The notes beneath the pieces are model-generated. The model was not told the origin of the DNA. It made no database searches and worked only from the letters and a program-made list of their open reading frames with translations. A program made the translations under genes and the position numbers. From positions 1 to 64,000 of the forward strand of contig NZ_MWQY01000004.1 of assembly GCF_002087085.1 (NCBI RefSeq): a DNA stretch of 64,000 nt, in the 5' to 3' direction. Positions 1 to 8,872 of this stretch are shown here, in pieces. Positions within the stretch are counted from its first letter, which is position 1. Each line of letters starts with the position of its first letter.

Positions 1-169
1 ATAACATCCAATTGAGCTGTGTGGCGTTAAGCTGGCATGTGTTTGTGCTGCAACTCTTATACATTCTACTACGATTTCTACCCGGAATCACATGAAATAT
101 TCAGTCACCTGGTTTACCTACTGCACAAACCATGACAGTAGCCACATCTGCTCCAATTGCTGGTTATGT
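1..169 (-). repeat. attC site of cassette 3 (left end cut by the window edge)
   Basis: R'' ACATAAC at 169-163, L'' ATTGGAGC, L' GCTCAAT, R' GTTAT at 5-1. Only 4 differences from the copy at 1176-1344. Confidence 0.93.
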
Positions 170-182
170 TCTACATCACATC

Positions 183-812
183 CTATAATTTTTTCCATTC
201 AGCAAACTTTTCCCGTGGATCATTGCTTAGCGCATAAACTTTTACACCTTTAAACTGTTTTAATTGGTGATGATCTAATGGGATATCTGAAAAATAGTTT
301 AAATAAAGATCCAGCATGTTATTTTCTTTAAGTATACCTACTGCACTTATGTAAGTTCCATGGTTTTCTGTGAGTCGTCTATCAGAACCAAATCGTTTTA
401 TTATGTTCCCAGTTTTATCAAGAGTTCGGTGTTCGATACCATACATTCCTGTTTTTATTTCATATTCGCTTAGAATACTAACTTGAGAGGAACGATTATC
501 GTGGATGATGATAATTGATGGATATTTATTTGCACAATATTTCCTTAACTGAACGCTGCCTTCCTTTATCTTTTGACGAATTCTATTCCCAGGTTTTGAA
601 TTCCCCCAGACTGCAAAGTCATTTTCAGATAATTCATTTATTGCACTTTTCTCATCTGGATTTGTCTCTAGATCTTTTATCTCAATGTATATCAAATTAT
701 CATTCAAATATATTAAAAAGTCAGGAGACTTATCTTTTCCTTCAACTATTCTTTCATATCGAATATTTAAAATCGAGCATAAGTTAATGAATTCATACTC
801 TCCATTAGTCAT
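183..812 (-). CDS. hypothetical protein with PD-(D/E)xK nuclease-like motif
   Basis: 209 aa, motif SPDFLI...IYIEIK; ends just before the attC; ATGA overlap with the upstream gene. Confidence 0.7.
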   Translation of the reverse strand: MTNGEYEFINLCSILNIRYERIVEGKDKSPDFLIYLNDNLIYIEIKDLETNPDEKSAINELSENDFAVWGNSKPGNRIRQKIKEGSVQLRKYCANKYPSIIIIHDNRSSQVSILSEYEIKTGMYGIEHRTLDKTGNIIKRFGSDRRLTENHGTYISAVGILKENNMLDLYLNYFSDIPLDHHQLKQFKGVKVYALSNDPREKFAEWKKL

Positions 813-1126
813 TTTCTTTTTAATTTCTCTAATCTTTCAATTAATTGATTTGGTTTTTTACCTGGTGAATGTCTTTGCTTTGAAAATCTTTCTAGAATCT
901 CAATTTCTTTGTCGATCATTTTTTGCTTCTTAAATACCGTTGCTAATTTTTCATAATACCAAGGTGCCACACCAAATTTCTCTATTTTATCTTCAGATTC
1001 AGTTGCTTCAACTAAATTCCATAGTAGCTTCTCCGCATCGTCAAGTCTATTTTCAGCGATCATTTGTTTTACATCATCTGCATATTCAGTGTAATGTTTC
1101 CCTTTAAAAATACCCGGCTTTTTCAT
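809..1126 (-). CDS. small helical, TPR-like hypothetical protein
   Basis: 105 aa with paired-helix pattern (DDAEKLL...PWYYEKLATVF...EIEILERF); AGGA SD upstream; first gene of the cassette. Confidence 0.7.
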   Translation of the reverse strand: MKKPGIFKGKHYTEYADDVKQMIAENRLDDAEKLLWNLVEATESEDKIEKFGVAPWYYEKLATVFKKQKMIDKEIEILERFSKQRHSPGKKPNQLIERLEKLKRK

Positions 1127-1173
1127 TTAACCATCCTATAATTCATAATTTTAATCAAATTTATTTTGTATGA

Positions 1174-1344
1174 ACATAACATCCAATTGAGCTGTGTGGC
1201 GTTAAGCTGGCATGTGTTTGTGCTGCAACTCTTATACATTCTACTACGATTTCTACCCGGAATAACCTGAAATATTCAGTCACCTGGTTTACCTACTGCT
1301 CAAACCATGACAGTAGCCACATCTGCTCCAATTGCTGGTTATAT
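1174..1344 (-). repeat. attC site of cassette 2 (171 bp)
   Basis: R'' ATATAAC contains the TAA stop of ORF 1339-1650; 5-bp spacer; L'' ATTGGAGC has one extra base versus L' GCTCAAT; R' GTTATGT; long imperfect inverted repeat. Confidence 0.95.
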
Positions 1345-1650
1345 TGCCCTCTCTTCCTTCAGCAGCCTGAACGACTTAATGATCTCATCCTTCTCAAATA
1401 GCTGATTTGTAATGTATTTATGAAGCACCGTTGTAATAAGCGTTTGGTACGGTAACCCTTCCTGTTCTGCCTTCTCTTTTAGTTTTTCTAAATCATAATT
1501 TGAAATTCTTAGGCTTATCGCCTTATTTTTCTTGGCTCCAGCTATTATGGATTCGACCTTCTTTCTCTTTTCACCTGTGACGGATCGATAGGTGTCAATT
1601 TCATTTTCTATTTTCTTCTCTTCAGCAGTAAGGTTATATCTTCGTTTCAT
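1339..1650 (-). CDS. antitoxin, CopG/RHH (BrnA-like)
   Basis: KNKAISLRISNYDLEKLKEKAEQEGLPYQTLITTVLHKY ribbon-helix-helix pattern; directly after the toxin gene. Confidence 0.85.
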   Translation of the reverse strand: MKRRYNLTAEEKKIENEIDTYRSVTGEKRKKVESIIAGAKKNKAISLRISNYDLEKLKEKAEQEGLPYQTLITTVLHKYITNQLFEKDEIIKSFRLLKEERAI

Positions 1651-1651
1651 A

Positions 1652-1918
1652 TCATTTCCTTCGATATTTCTTGTGGTATTTTCGACTCTGATAGGCAGTC
1701 TTCAATACGATATTATCATCCTCATCTATTATGAATGGGACAATCCACGTATAGTCTTGTATTTCCATCACAAAATACATCTGCCCCTCACGTACTGGAT
1801 TCTCAATAATATCCATGTACATTCCATCCATAATCATCTGACTTATTTCATCAAAAGAGATATTTCTCTCTAAAATGAGTTTTTCATTTTTTTCTTTATC
1901 CCAGATGATGGAATTCAT
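1652..1918 (-). CDS. BrnT-like ribonuclease toxin
   Basis: WDKEKNEKLILERNISFDE N-terminus and LKTAYQSRK C-terminus, typical of BrnT-like toxins. Confidence 0.82.
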   Translation of the reverse strand: MNSIIWDKEKNEKLILERNISFDEISQMIMDGMYMDIIENPVREGQMYFVMEIQDYTWIVPFIIDEDDNIVLKTAYQSRKYHKKYRRK

Positions 1919-1923
1919 ATCTA

Positions 1924-1952
1924 ATAATACTTTATCGTATATACATTGTCAA
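1924..1952 (-). promoter_or_regulatory. sigma70 promoter of the TA operon with a palindromic operator
   Basis: TTGACA (1952-1947), 17 bp, TATTAT (1929-1924); GTATATAC palindrome at 1937-1944 in the spacer; ATG 5 bp after the -10. Confidence 0.85.
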
Positions 1953-2245
1953 CCTTATTCAAACACACATGCAACGTCTTTATACATCGAAAACAGCTAT
2001 GCAGGTGCTTTTTAATACTCAGAATCATACAGCGTCTTTACACCATTTTTACCTGGTTGAAGGTGTTAAATTCTTATTCTTCTTTTCAATATGCATTTTT
2101 TTAAGATGTATCGTTTCAAGTTATCACATCTGTGATTCATCAACACCGTTAACCGGCCTTCTTCAATTCTTCTTTTTATTTCTCTAAGTGTAAGCATTGT
2201 TCCTGTGCATTTGTCTTTGATGTCCCTAACTTCTTCCCTGGGTCA

Positions 2246-2416
2246 ATATAACACCCAGTTGAGCTGCAAACCGTTAAGCTGGCGCAGTTTGTGCCTCAAT
2301 CGTAAACAGTATAACTCCACTTATAATCAAGAACAATCGAAAACTATTGTTCCCCATTTTCACGAGCCTGCACAAACTGTGACAGTAGGTTTGTCTGCTC
2401 CAACTGCAGGTTATAC
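2246..2416 (-). repeat. attC site of cassette 1 (171 bp, diverged)
   Basis: R'' GTATAAC, L'' GTTGGAGC, L' GCTCAAC, R' GTTATAT; same length as the other full copy, with compensatory stem changes. Confidence 0.93.
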
Positions 2417-2676
2417 TGCGCTGATCCCCCAGGCAGAAGAACCATTTTTCGAACCATGAGGAGAATTTCCATCGAACACCGAAAAATAGTCTCAAAGGAA
2501 AAGTGCGTTTGGCCGTAGCGTGGCCATTAATTGCGTTGGGTTGCGTGCAGGCCTTTGCGTGGCTGCGTGGCCAGGCGTTGGCCAGCGATAGGCCTTAGTG
2601 TAATCTCGATAAACTTTCGTTATCGAATTCCCTCTTCCTTTCCTTCTTCGAAGTCCCCAAAAAAGTGTCTGTATAA
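2252..2676 (-). mobile_element. integron cassette 1, ORF-less
   Basis: Bounded by attI core GTTATAC (2677-2671) and matching R'' GTATAAC (2416-2410); no ORF of 60 aa or more lies wholly inside. Confidence 0.8.
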
Positions 2677-2710
2677 CATATTCTACCCACTACTTTTGTC
2701 CTATTTTAAC
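2671..2710 (-). other. attI site (recombination core GTTATAC)
   Basis: Core site complementary to R'' of the first cassette, ~150 bp upstream of intI; a second GTT-heptamer (GTTAAAA) at 2710-2704. Outer boundary uncertain. Confidence 0.75.
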
Positions 2711-2825
2711 CTCTTATCATCTGAATGCGCAATTATTTTACAAAAACGGCGTTCAAAGTAAAAGCATTCAACATTAGCTATGGTTTTAAACAATAGAAAC
2801 TATTGTTCTCCGGAGGTCAATATCA

Positions 2826-4070
2826 ATGGACCAGGAAGTGTACGGTCGATACATTAATTATCTCCAGAAATATCATAAGATAAAAGAGAATCACCTTTCC
2901 TGGTACCTCCATTGGGTAAAGAAATATATCAACTATTGGAATAACGATAAGAACTACCTCAAGGACGACTCAATCCGGAGATATTTTCAATTCCTTGCAG
3001 ACCGGTATGAACCATGGCAGGTAGAGCAGGCTGCCGCGGCGATTCGTCTTTTTGTTCATTACATGAACAAAATGGAAAATAGCGCAAAACTACAGAAACC
3101 GGGGAATTGGCCGGAGGTTCTGGATAAGATGAAGTCTGAGCTCAGGGTGCAGAGCAAGTCGTATAGAACAGAGAAAACCTACCTCTACTGGGTCCGCGAT
3201 TTTTCCCGATGGCGCAACCCTAAAAACCCGGATCAACTTGGATCTGACGATGTCCGCGCTTACCTCACCCATCTTTCAATCAACCGTAACATATCCTTTG
3301 CAACTCAGAAACAGGCTTTTATCGCTTTACTGTTTTTATTCCGTCATGTTTTAAATATAGAGATAAATGGCCTCGAATCAGTGGTCCGAGCCAGAGTAAA
3401 TAGAAAACTCCCTGTCGTTCTTTCTCCATCCGAGATATCAGGGATCTTACAATATGTGCCTGAAGAATACCGTCTGATGTGCCGCATTATCTATGGGGGC
3501 GGACTTCGACTTTCAGAATGTCTGGAATTAAGAGTAAAAGATGTCGATATCGACGGCGGATCAATCATTATCCGTTCTGGTAAAGGTAATAAAGATCGCC
3601 TGACCTTACTCTCACGGTCGGTGATTCCGGATTTACAGAAGCACATTGTAAAAGTCAGACAGTTATACGAGTCTGATCGCCTTGAAAAATTGCCAGGTGT
3701 ACCTCTGCCTTTTGCATTGCAAAAGAAGTACCCTCAGGCATCTACGGAATGGAACTGGTTCTGGATCTTCCCTTCCCCCCGGTTTTCGGTGTGTCCGCGG
3801 ACCAATCAGCCAGGCAGGTTCCATGTGTTTCCATCAACTCTGCAGCACGCCTTTCATGAAGCGCTGAGAAAATCCGGAATCCCAAAGAAAGCAGGCATCC
3901 ATACCCTGCGACATAGTTTTGCGACACACCTGATAGAGGCAGGTTATGATATAAGAACAGTACAGGAACTGCTCGGCCATTCGAACCTAAGTACAACAAT
4001 GATCTATACCCACGTAGCCACAAAGAATAAGCTCAGTGTAATCAGTCCCATGGACAAAATGGACATCTGA
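2826..4070 (+). CDS. intI: integron integrase (long form)
   Basis: Tyrosine recombinase motifs GLRLSE, HTLRHSFATH, LGH...TTMIYTHV plus the IntI-specific insert GVPLPFALQKKYPQA...WFWIFPS; GGAGG SD. Confidence 0.97.
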   Translation: MDQEVYGRYINYLQKYHKIKENHLSWYLHWVKKYINYWNNDKNYLKDDSIRRYFQFLADRYEPWQVEQAAAAIRLFVHYMNKMENSAKLQKPGNWPEVLDKMKSELRVQSKSYRTEKTYLYWVRDFSRWRNPKNPDQLGSDDVRAYLTHLSINRNISFATQKQAFIALLFLFRHVLNIEINGLESVVRARVNRKLPVVLSPSEISGILQYVPEEYRLMCRIIYGGGLRLSECLELRVKDVDIDGGSIIIRSGKGNKDRLTLLSRSVIPDLQKHIVKVRQLYESDRLEKLPGVPLPFALQKKYPQASTEWNWFWIFPSPRFSVCPRTNQPGRFHVFPSTLQHAFHEALRKSGIPKKAGIHTLRHSFATHLIEAGYDIRTVQELLGHSNLSTTMIYTHVATKNKLSVISPMDKMDI

Positions 4071-4150
4071 CCTTTGAATAGAAGAATCACCCTTGACCTA
4101 TTGGAGCCTCAGGGAAAAGCTCGCCAGAACTTTAATCTTTCAGCTATCCT

Positions 4151-4213
4151 GCTCAATATAAAAGCATTGTTCCCCATTTATTGACCAGAACAATGCGGGG
4201 CTATTGTTCTGCC
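4151..4213. repeat. tandem GAACAAT-N8-ATTGTTC-like palindromes, copy A
   Basis: GCTCAAT-N8-ATTGTTC at 4151 and GAACAAT-N8-ATTGTTC at 4188; aligns with 8873-8937. Confidence 0.55.
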
Positions 4214-4220
4214 ATTCCGT

Positions 4221-5942
4221 TTACACGTACTCGGCCAGCGGCAGGGAAACAAAGAAAACTGTTTCTCCCGGTTTTGACTCTACCCAGATTTTCCCCTGGG
4301 ATGATTCTATGATCCTCCTGCAGATATCGAGGCCAAGGCCCATTCCCTGCATAGTGTTTTTGGTAGTAAAGAAGGGTTCAAATATCCGATCCTGGATTTC
4401 AGGAGGTATTCCGGGGCCGTTGTCTTTAACCGAGATAATCCCCCGGCCGTCCTGCTCCTGTGTCGTGATTACGATTTCGCCGGAACCATTCAACACCTGA
4501 ACAGCATTTCGTATCAGGTTCATCCAGACATTGGATAAGGTATCCGCCCTGGCTTGAACAAGCAGTCCGGAGAACTCTGTTTTGACGCTGATTCCGTGTT
4601 TCAGCAGGTTATGCATAAGGGTCAGCACCTTTTTTATATCCGTTTCCACATCGATTATCTTTGTTGTATCGAAAACAGTTGTTGTAAGGTATGACCGGAG
4701 CGCTTCGATAACATTCGACGCTTTTGCAGAAGATTCTGTAATAACCTCGATCATCCGTCTGATTATTACCGTATCCGAAACCTCCGCCAGGATTTCCCGA
4801 TTCCTGTTTATTGCAAGGTACGGTAAAAGATCATCGAGTTTGTTCAACAGCCCCATATCAGCAAGGCATGCGGTAACTTCAGGACTGTTTGGAATGTTCT
4901 GCTGTTCCAGCAGAGCCTCGATTTCTTTCGTCTCCCGCCGGGAGGGAAGATAAATATCCAGCGTTTTATTGCTTTCTAAACCCAGAACAACAGTTTTCGT
5001 GTATAAGTTCTGTTCCTGATCGGACAGGGAAGAGAAAAAGGCCGGCTGTTCAGGGAGCTTTTTGTCAAATGAATTGACCATCGATGAGACGGCGGATTGT
5101 ATCGCTCCCAGCGGTGTGTTCAGTTCATGGGCTATACCGGCGGAAAGCTGTCCCAGAGCGGAAAGTTTCCCGGATTCAATGAGCCGTTCCTGCATGCGCC
5201 GTAATTCAACGAGAGAGTCTTCCAGTTCCGCCGTCCGCTCGGCAACCCGTTGTTCAAGGGATACATTTATCTCCACCAGTTCGGCATTTTTTCCCTGGAT
5301 TCTTCTGGTCATTTCATTCAGCAGGTTTATTATTGCATCTATATCTTCGTAATCCGTCTCGGGGATCGTATACGCATAGTTTCCGGCTCCGATTTCGCTG
5401 ATTCCCTCGGATAATGCTGAAAAGACCCTTTGTGTCCGCTTTTGAATAAGCACCCGTGTGGCGATTAAATACACTGTCAAAATCGCGATTACCGCAACAA
5501 CCATGGCAAACAGAAAACGCTTGATTGTTAACAGCAGCTCGTTATCACTGAACTGCAGTTCTATTGTTCCGAGAAAAAAATCGTTATAGTTGACTTCTCT
5601 GATCCGCGGCTTGATCCATCGGGACTGGACTGGGGCCGGCTTGTTTACAACAATTCCTGTTGCAGAGGTATCAATAACGATACCGGAGATCCGACCGGAA
5701 GAAAGCAGTGCATCGGCAATCCTGCTAATCTGGCTGTCGTCCACATTATACAGGGGTTCGGTCAGGATATAGACTGTTTCGTCCGCTGCATTTTCTGCTT
5801 TGTTATTCAAATCGAGGATAATAAAGACGGATATGGCAAAAATAGAAACAATCTGAACAATAAATATGGTACCTATTGATATGACAAGAGAAAGAACCTG
5901 GGTTCCTTCTATAAGCCTTTTCGCCGGGTTTTTACCAGCCAT
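4221..5942 (-). CDS. membrane sensor histidine kinase
   Basis: Two TM segments, HAMP, H-box GIAHELNTPL, N/G1/F/G2 boxes. Confidence 0.93.
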   Translation of the reverse strand: MAGKNPAKRLIEGTQVLSLVISIGTIFIVQIVSIFAISVFIILDLNNKAENAADETVYILTEPLYNVDDSQISRIADALLSSGRISGIVIDTSATGIVVNKPAPVQSRWIKPRIREVNYNDFFLGTIELQFSDNELLLTIKRFLFAMVVAVIAILTVYLIATRVLIQKRTQRVFSALSEGISEIGAGNYAYTIPETDYEDIDAIINLLNEMTRRIQGKNAELVEINVSLEQRVAERTAELEDSLVELRRMQERLIESGKLSALGQLSAGIAHELNTPLGAIQSAVSSMVNSFDKKLPEQPAFFSSLSDQEQNLYTKTVVLGLESNKTLDIYLPSRRETKEIEALLEQQNIPNSPEVTACLADMGLLNKLDDLLPYLAINRNREILAEVSDTVIIRRMIEVITESSAKASNVIEALRSYLTTTVFDTTKIIDVETDIKKVLTLMHNLLKHGISVKTEFSGLLVQARADTLSNVWMNLIRNAVQVLNGSGEIVITTQEQDGRGIISVKDNGPGIPPEIQDRIFEPFFTTKNTMQGMGLGLDICRRIIESSQGKIWVESKPGETVFFVSLPLAEYV

Positions 5943-5945
5943 TTT

Positions 5946-6725
5946 CTATTGATTCCCTTCAGCGACAAAAGACCTGACCATTTTTTCAAAAATCCCCTGT
6001 TCCAGGCCTTTCGCATTCACATTGTCGTAGCGGTTACGAAGATCCCTTCCTTTTTCGGTGTTCCGGAATACTGTATACACATGTACCGCTTCCGTCGGCA
6101 AAGGTATTACCTTTACCCGCTCCCTGTATCCCTTCTGATTCAGATAATAGATCATGGATATATAGTTAATATCGAGAACACCGTCCAGTCTCCCCGCCCA
6201 GAGTTTATTCAGATTGATCTGCCGGTAATCCTGATGCTGAACCAGTTCCAGCTTTATCCTTTCGTCAATGAACATGGGAGGTATATACGCAGCGTCCAGG
6301 AACCCTATTGTCATACCGAAAAGATCCGCCGGCTTGGTTATCGAAGAAACAGGACTGTCCGGTCGGACTATCAGACAACTGTCTATCTTTGCAAGTATCG
6401 TTTCCGGAAACAGAAATTTTTCTTCCCGTTCAGGAATCTTTGTCATATTTGGGATAATGTCGATCTCTCCCGATTCAAGAAGCGCAAGAGCCCTGACAAT
6501 CGGGAATACCCCCAAAACATCAAGCTCAACCCCCATACGCGGGGCGATATATTGTCGCCAGTATTCCACCGCGATTCCGGTAACGCCTCCTGAATCGTCG
6601 TACATCATGAAAGGTTCAAGTCGAAAAACAGCCATTTTTACCGTTTCCGCATAAAGATCATCGGAAAAAACAGCGAAGCAGAGAAAAATAGCGGCCATTA
6701 TAAGAGATATCTTTTGTATAACCAT
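5946..6725 (-). CDS. extracellular solute-binding protein (family 3-like)
   Basis: Signal peptide, EPFMM, KIPEREEKFLF, GRLDG motifs; start moved to ATG 6725 (uncertain). Confidence 0.8.
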   Translation of the reverse strand: MVIQKISLIMAAIFLCFAVFSDDLYAETVKMAVFRLEPFMMYDDSGGVTGIAVEYWRQYIAPRMGVELDVLGVFPIVRALALLESGEIDIIPNMTKIPEREEKFLFPETILAKIDSCLIVRPDSPVSSITKPADLFGMTIGFLDAAYIPPMFIDERIKLELVQHQDYRQINLNKLWAGRLDGVLDINYISMIYYLNQKGYRERVKVIPLPTEAVHVYTVFRNTEKGRDLRNRYDNVNAKGLEQGIFEKMVRSFVAEGNQ

Positions 6726-6837
6726 CACCGCCCGCCCTGACAGGCTTGATGCTGCAGAAACAGCCTGAGTCACAGGTATAAGTCTAGTCAAATTATCCTG
6801 AAAATCAAGAATCGCAACAGATGTTTTATTGGCCGGG

Positions 6838-7257
6838 TCAGAGACACGTGGAACAAGTGGAACGGACGGTATGTATCAGTTCTTCAGCCCGCCACGGCTT
6901 CTTGAGTACTGCGGCTACCGATGAGATGCTGCTGACCCGTTCAATTGCCGCTTTATCCGCCTGTCCGGTTATCATTATTACCTTTATTTCCGGATACGTC
7001 TGTTTGACAATCTCGATGAACTCGTCTCCCTTCATTCCTGGCATAAGCCAGTCGGAGATTATCAGAATGACATGGATCCCGTCTTTACTCAGTTCATCGA
7101 GAATACGCAGGGCATCTTCGGCGCTCTTTGCCCGTTCATAGATAAACTGGTTCCCCAGGTTTCTTTTCAGCTCCTGCTGCAGCGCAAGCAGGATAATCGC
7201 TTCATCATCGACGCATAAGATCGCTTTATCAGAAATGGATTGAGCGGACTCGGACAT
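6838..7257 (-). CDS. single-domain response regulator
   Basis: ILCVDDE, ISDWLMPGMKG, MITG, KPW; SD before ATG 7257. Confidence 0.92.
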   Translation of the reverse strand: MSESAQSISDKAILCVDDEAIILLALQQELKRNLGNQFIYERAKSAEDALRILDELSKDGIHVILIISDWLMPGMKGDEFIEIVKQTYPEIKVIMITGQADKAAIERVSSISSVAAVLKKPWRAEELIHTVRSTCSTCL

Positions 7258-7462
7258 GCATTTCCCCTTGGTTATCCTTACTGATAATCTTATGGTCTTC
7301 AAGAGAGATTATCAATATAAAATGATAAGGGCATATCCGGGAAAAAACAAGACTGACAACAGATCCCCTGCATCCGCTTTTTCACGAATCCGCATGCCAT
7401 CGATTCCGTTAAAGCAGGAAAATACCCTTGCTATCGACGCCCCTGTATCTATACTTGGTAGT

Positions 7463-8224
7463 ATGAGAGGACGGTTTTTTCGTCTCGAAGTAATCCTCTG
7501 TCTGCTTATACTGATCCCCGGTACGGCAATGTCTCAGGCAGTACACTATGTGTTTCAGGAATATAAACCCGCCAACTACCTGGATGAGTCGGGACAGCCC
7601 GCCGGTTTTTTCGTTGATATTATCCGTGAAGCAGTAGAAAATCGCCTTGGTCTGGATCTGCGAATAAGCGTCTTTCCCTGGGTGCGCTGCCAGGCTTTAG
7701 TCAGACAGGGCGAAGCGGACCTTATGACTACCATCCCGACTCCGGGCCGTTTGGAATACGCCGACCTCGTGAACGTACCGATCTGGATCAAGCAATATCG
7801 ATTATATACCTACCGGGATCACCCTCGCATTCCCGAGATGCATGGTATCCGCAGCCTTGAGGAAATACGCAAGGTCCGGTTTACAGTGATCTCCTACATC
7901 GGCAACAACTGGGCAAAGACAAACCTGGAGGATATTGGCGTCCCGGTTCTGAATGCCACCTCTGTTGAAGGTATGTATCGAATGCTGATTGCCCGCCGTG
8001 GAGACATCATCGTTGACGATCCGATTCTGGTTAGAGACAATCTGAATTCTGCCGGATTGGAAAACAGGATAGTCCTTACCGAGGGCCTCGTGGAAAGTTC
8101 CGCATTCTATCCCATGATCAGCAAACAGTCCGATCTTTCCGCCAGGACCGATGAGTTTGCCGCTGCTGTGCAGGCGATGTGGGATGATGGCAGTATTGCA
8201 TCTATTATGGAGCGTTATCAGTGA
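7463..8224 (+). CDS. extracellular solute-binding protein (family 3-like)
   Basis: Signal peptide, GFFVDI, PWVRC, GEAD, RGD motifs; start moved to ATG 7463. Confidence 0.82.
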   Translation: MRGRFFRLEVILCLLILIPGTAMSQAVHYVFQEYKPANYLDESGQPAGFFVDIIREAVENRLGLDLRISVFPWVRCQALVRQGEADLMTTIPTPGRLEYADLVNVPIWIKQYRLYTYRDHPRIPEMHGIRSLEEIRKVRFTVISYIGNNWAKTNLEDIGVPVLNATSVEGMYRMLIARRGDIIVDDPILVRDNLNSAGLENRIVLTEGLVESSAFYPMISKQSDLSARTDEFAAAVQAMWDDGSIASIMERYQ

Positions 8225-8268
8225 TGCAATGTTCTATTACAGCTGCCTGTACTCCTTATGCGTAAGGA

Positions 8269-8838
8269 CTATGCCTTTAATTCCCGGTACCTGAAGCAAT
8301 CGGTGGTATGGGAGTTTATCAGGCCGATGGCCTGAATATAGGCATAAATTATTGTCGGTCCCACAAAACTCATTCCCCGCTTTTTGAGGTCTCTTGAGAT
8401 CCTCTCTGACAATTCGTCTTTGGTCGGAATCTCATCTAAGACGGCGAAGTGTCTGTCTATCGGATTTCCATCCACAAATTTCCAGATAAAGGTATCGAAG
8501 CTGCCGTACTGGTGCTGGATTTCACGAAAAACCCGGGCATTCTTTACGGCGGATTGAATCTTCAATCTGTTCCGAACTATCCCATTATCCTGAAGCAGTT
8601 CCCGGATTTTCTCTTCAGAAAAAGCTGCGACTTTGACGGGATCGAACTTTTCAAAAGCCTCGCGGTAGTTCCTGCGCTTTTTCAGTATGGTGTCCCAGGA
8701 CAGTCCGGCCTGCGCCCCCTCAAGGATCAACATTTCGAACAGTCTGATATCATCGTGAACCGGCACCCCCCATTCAGTGTCATGATACTCCCTCATCAGG
8801 CTGTTCTCCGGGTTAACCCATGCACAGTGCTTTTTCAT
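8269..8838 (-). CDS. tag: DNA-3-methyladenine glycosylase I
   Basis: CAW...YHDTEWG, LEGAQAGLSW, IVRNRLKI, FVGPT, H...C. Confidence 0.96.
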   Translation of the reverse strand: MKKHCAWVNPENSLMREYHDTEWGVPVHDDIRLFEMLILEGAQAGLSWDTILKKRRNYREAFEKFDPVKVAAFSEEKIRELLQDNGIVRNRLKIQSAVKNARVFREIQHQYGSFDTFIWKFVDGNPIDRHFAVLDEIPTKDELSERISRDLKKRGMSFVGPTIIYAYIQAIGLINSHTTDCFRYRELKA

Positions 8839-8872
8839 TTCCGGTTCCCCTTTTTACAGGCAGGTTGATTAT

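Larger units (their letters stand above)
5..1179 (-). mobile_element. integron gene cassette 3 (two genes)
   Basis: Starts (G)TTATGTTC and its attC begins GAACATAAC: a 9-bp complement, as expected for a circularisable cassette. AT-rich. Confidence 0.88.
1180..2251 (-). mobile_element. integron gene cassette 2 (toxin-antitoxin)
   Basis: Starts (G)TTATATTG, complementary to CAATATAAC at the start of its attC. Confidence 0.88.

Noticed and set aside
1..2416. Long direct repeats as a CRISPR array or IS ends
   Set aside because: They are 171 bp, separated by gene-sized units, carry R/L boxes and sit next to intI, so they are attC sites. No cas or transposase genes are present.
2205..2761. Track ORFs 2205-2459, 2274-2495 and 2531-2761 as cassette genes
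   Set aside because: All cross attC or attI boundaries, use non-ATG starts and show no recognisable motifs.
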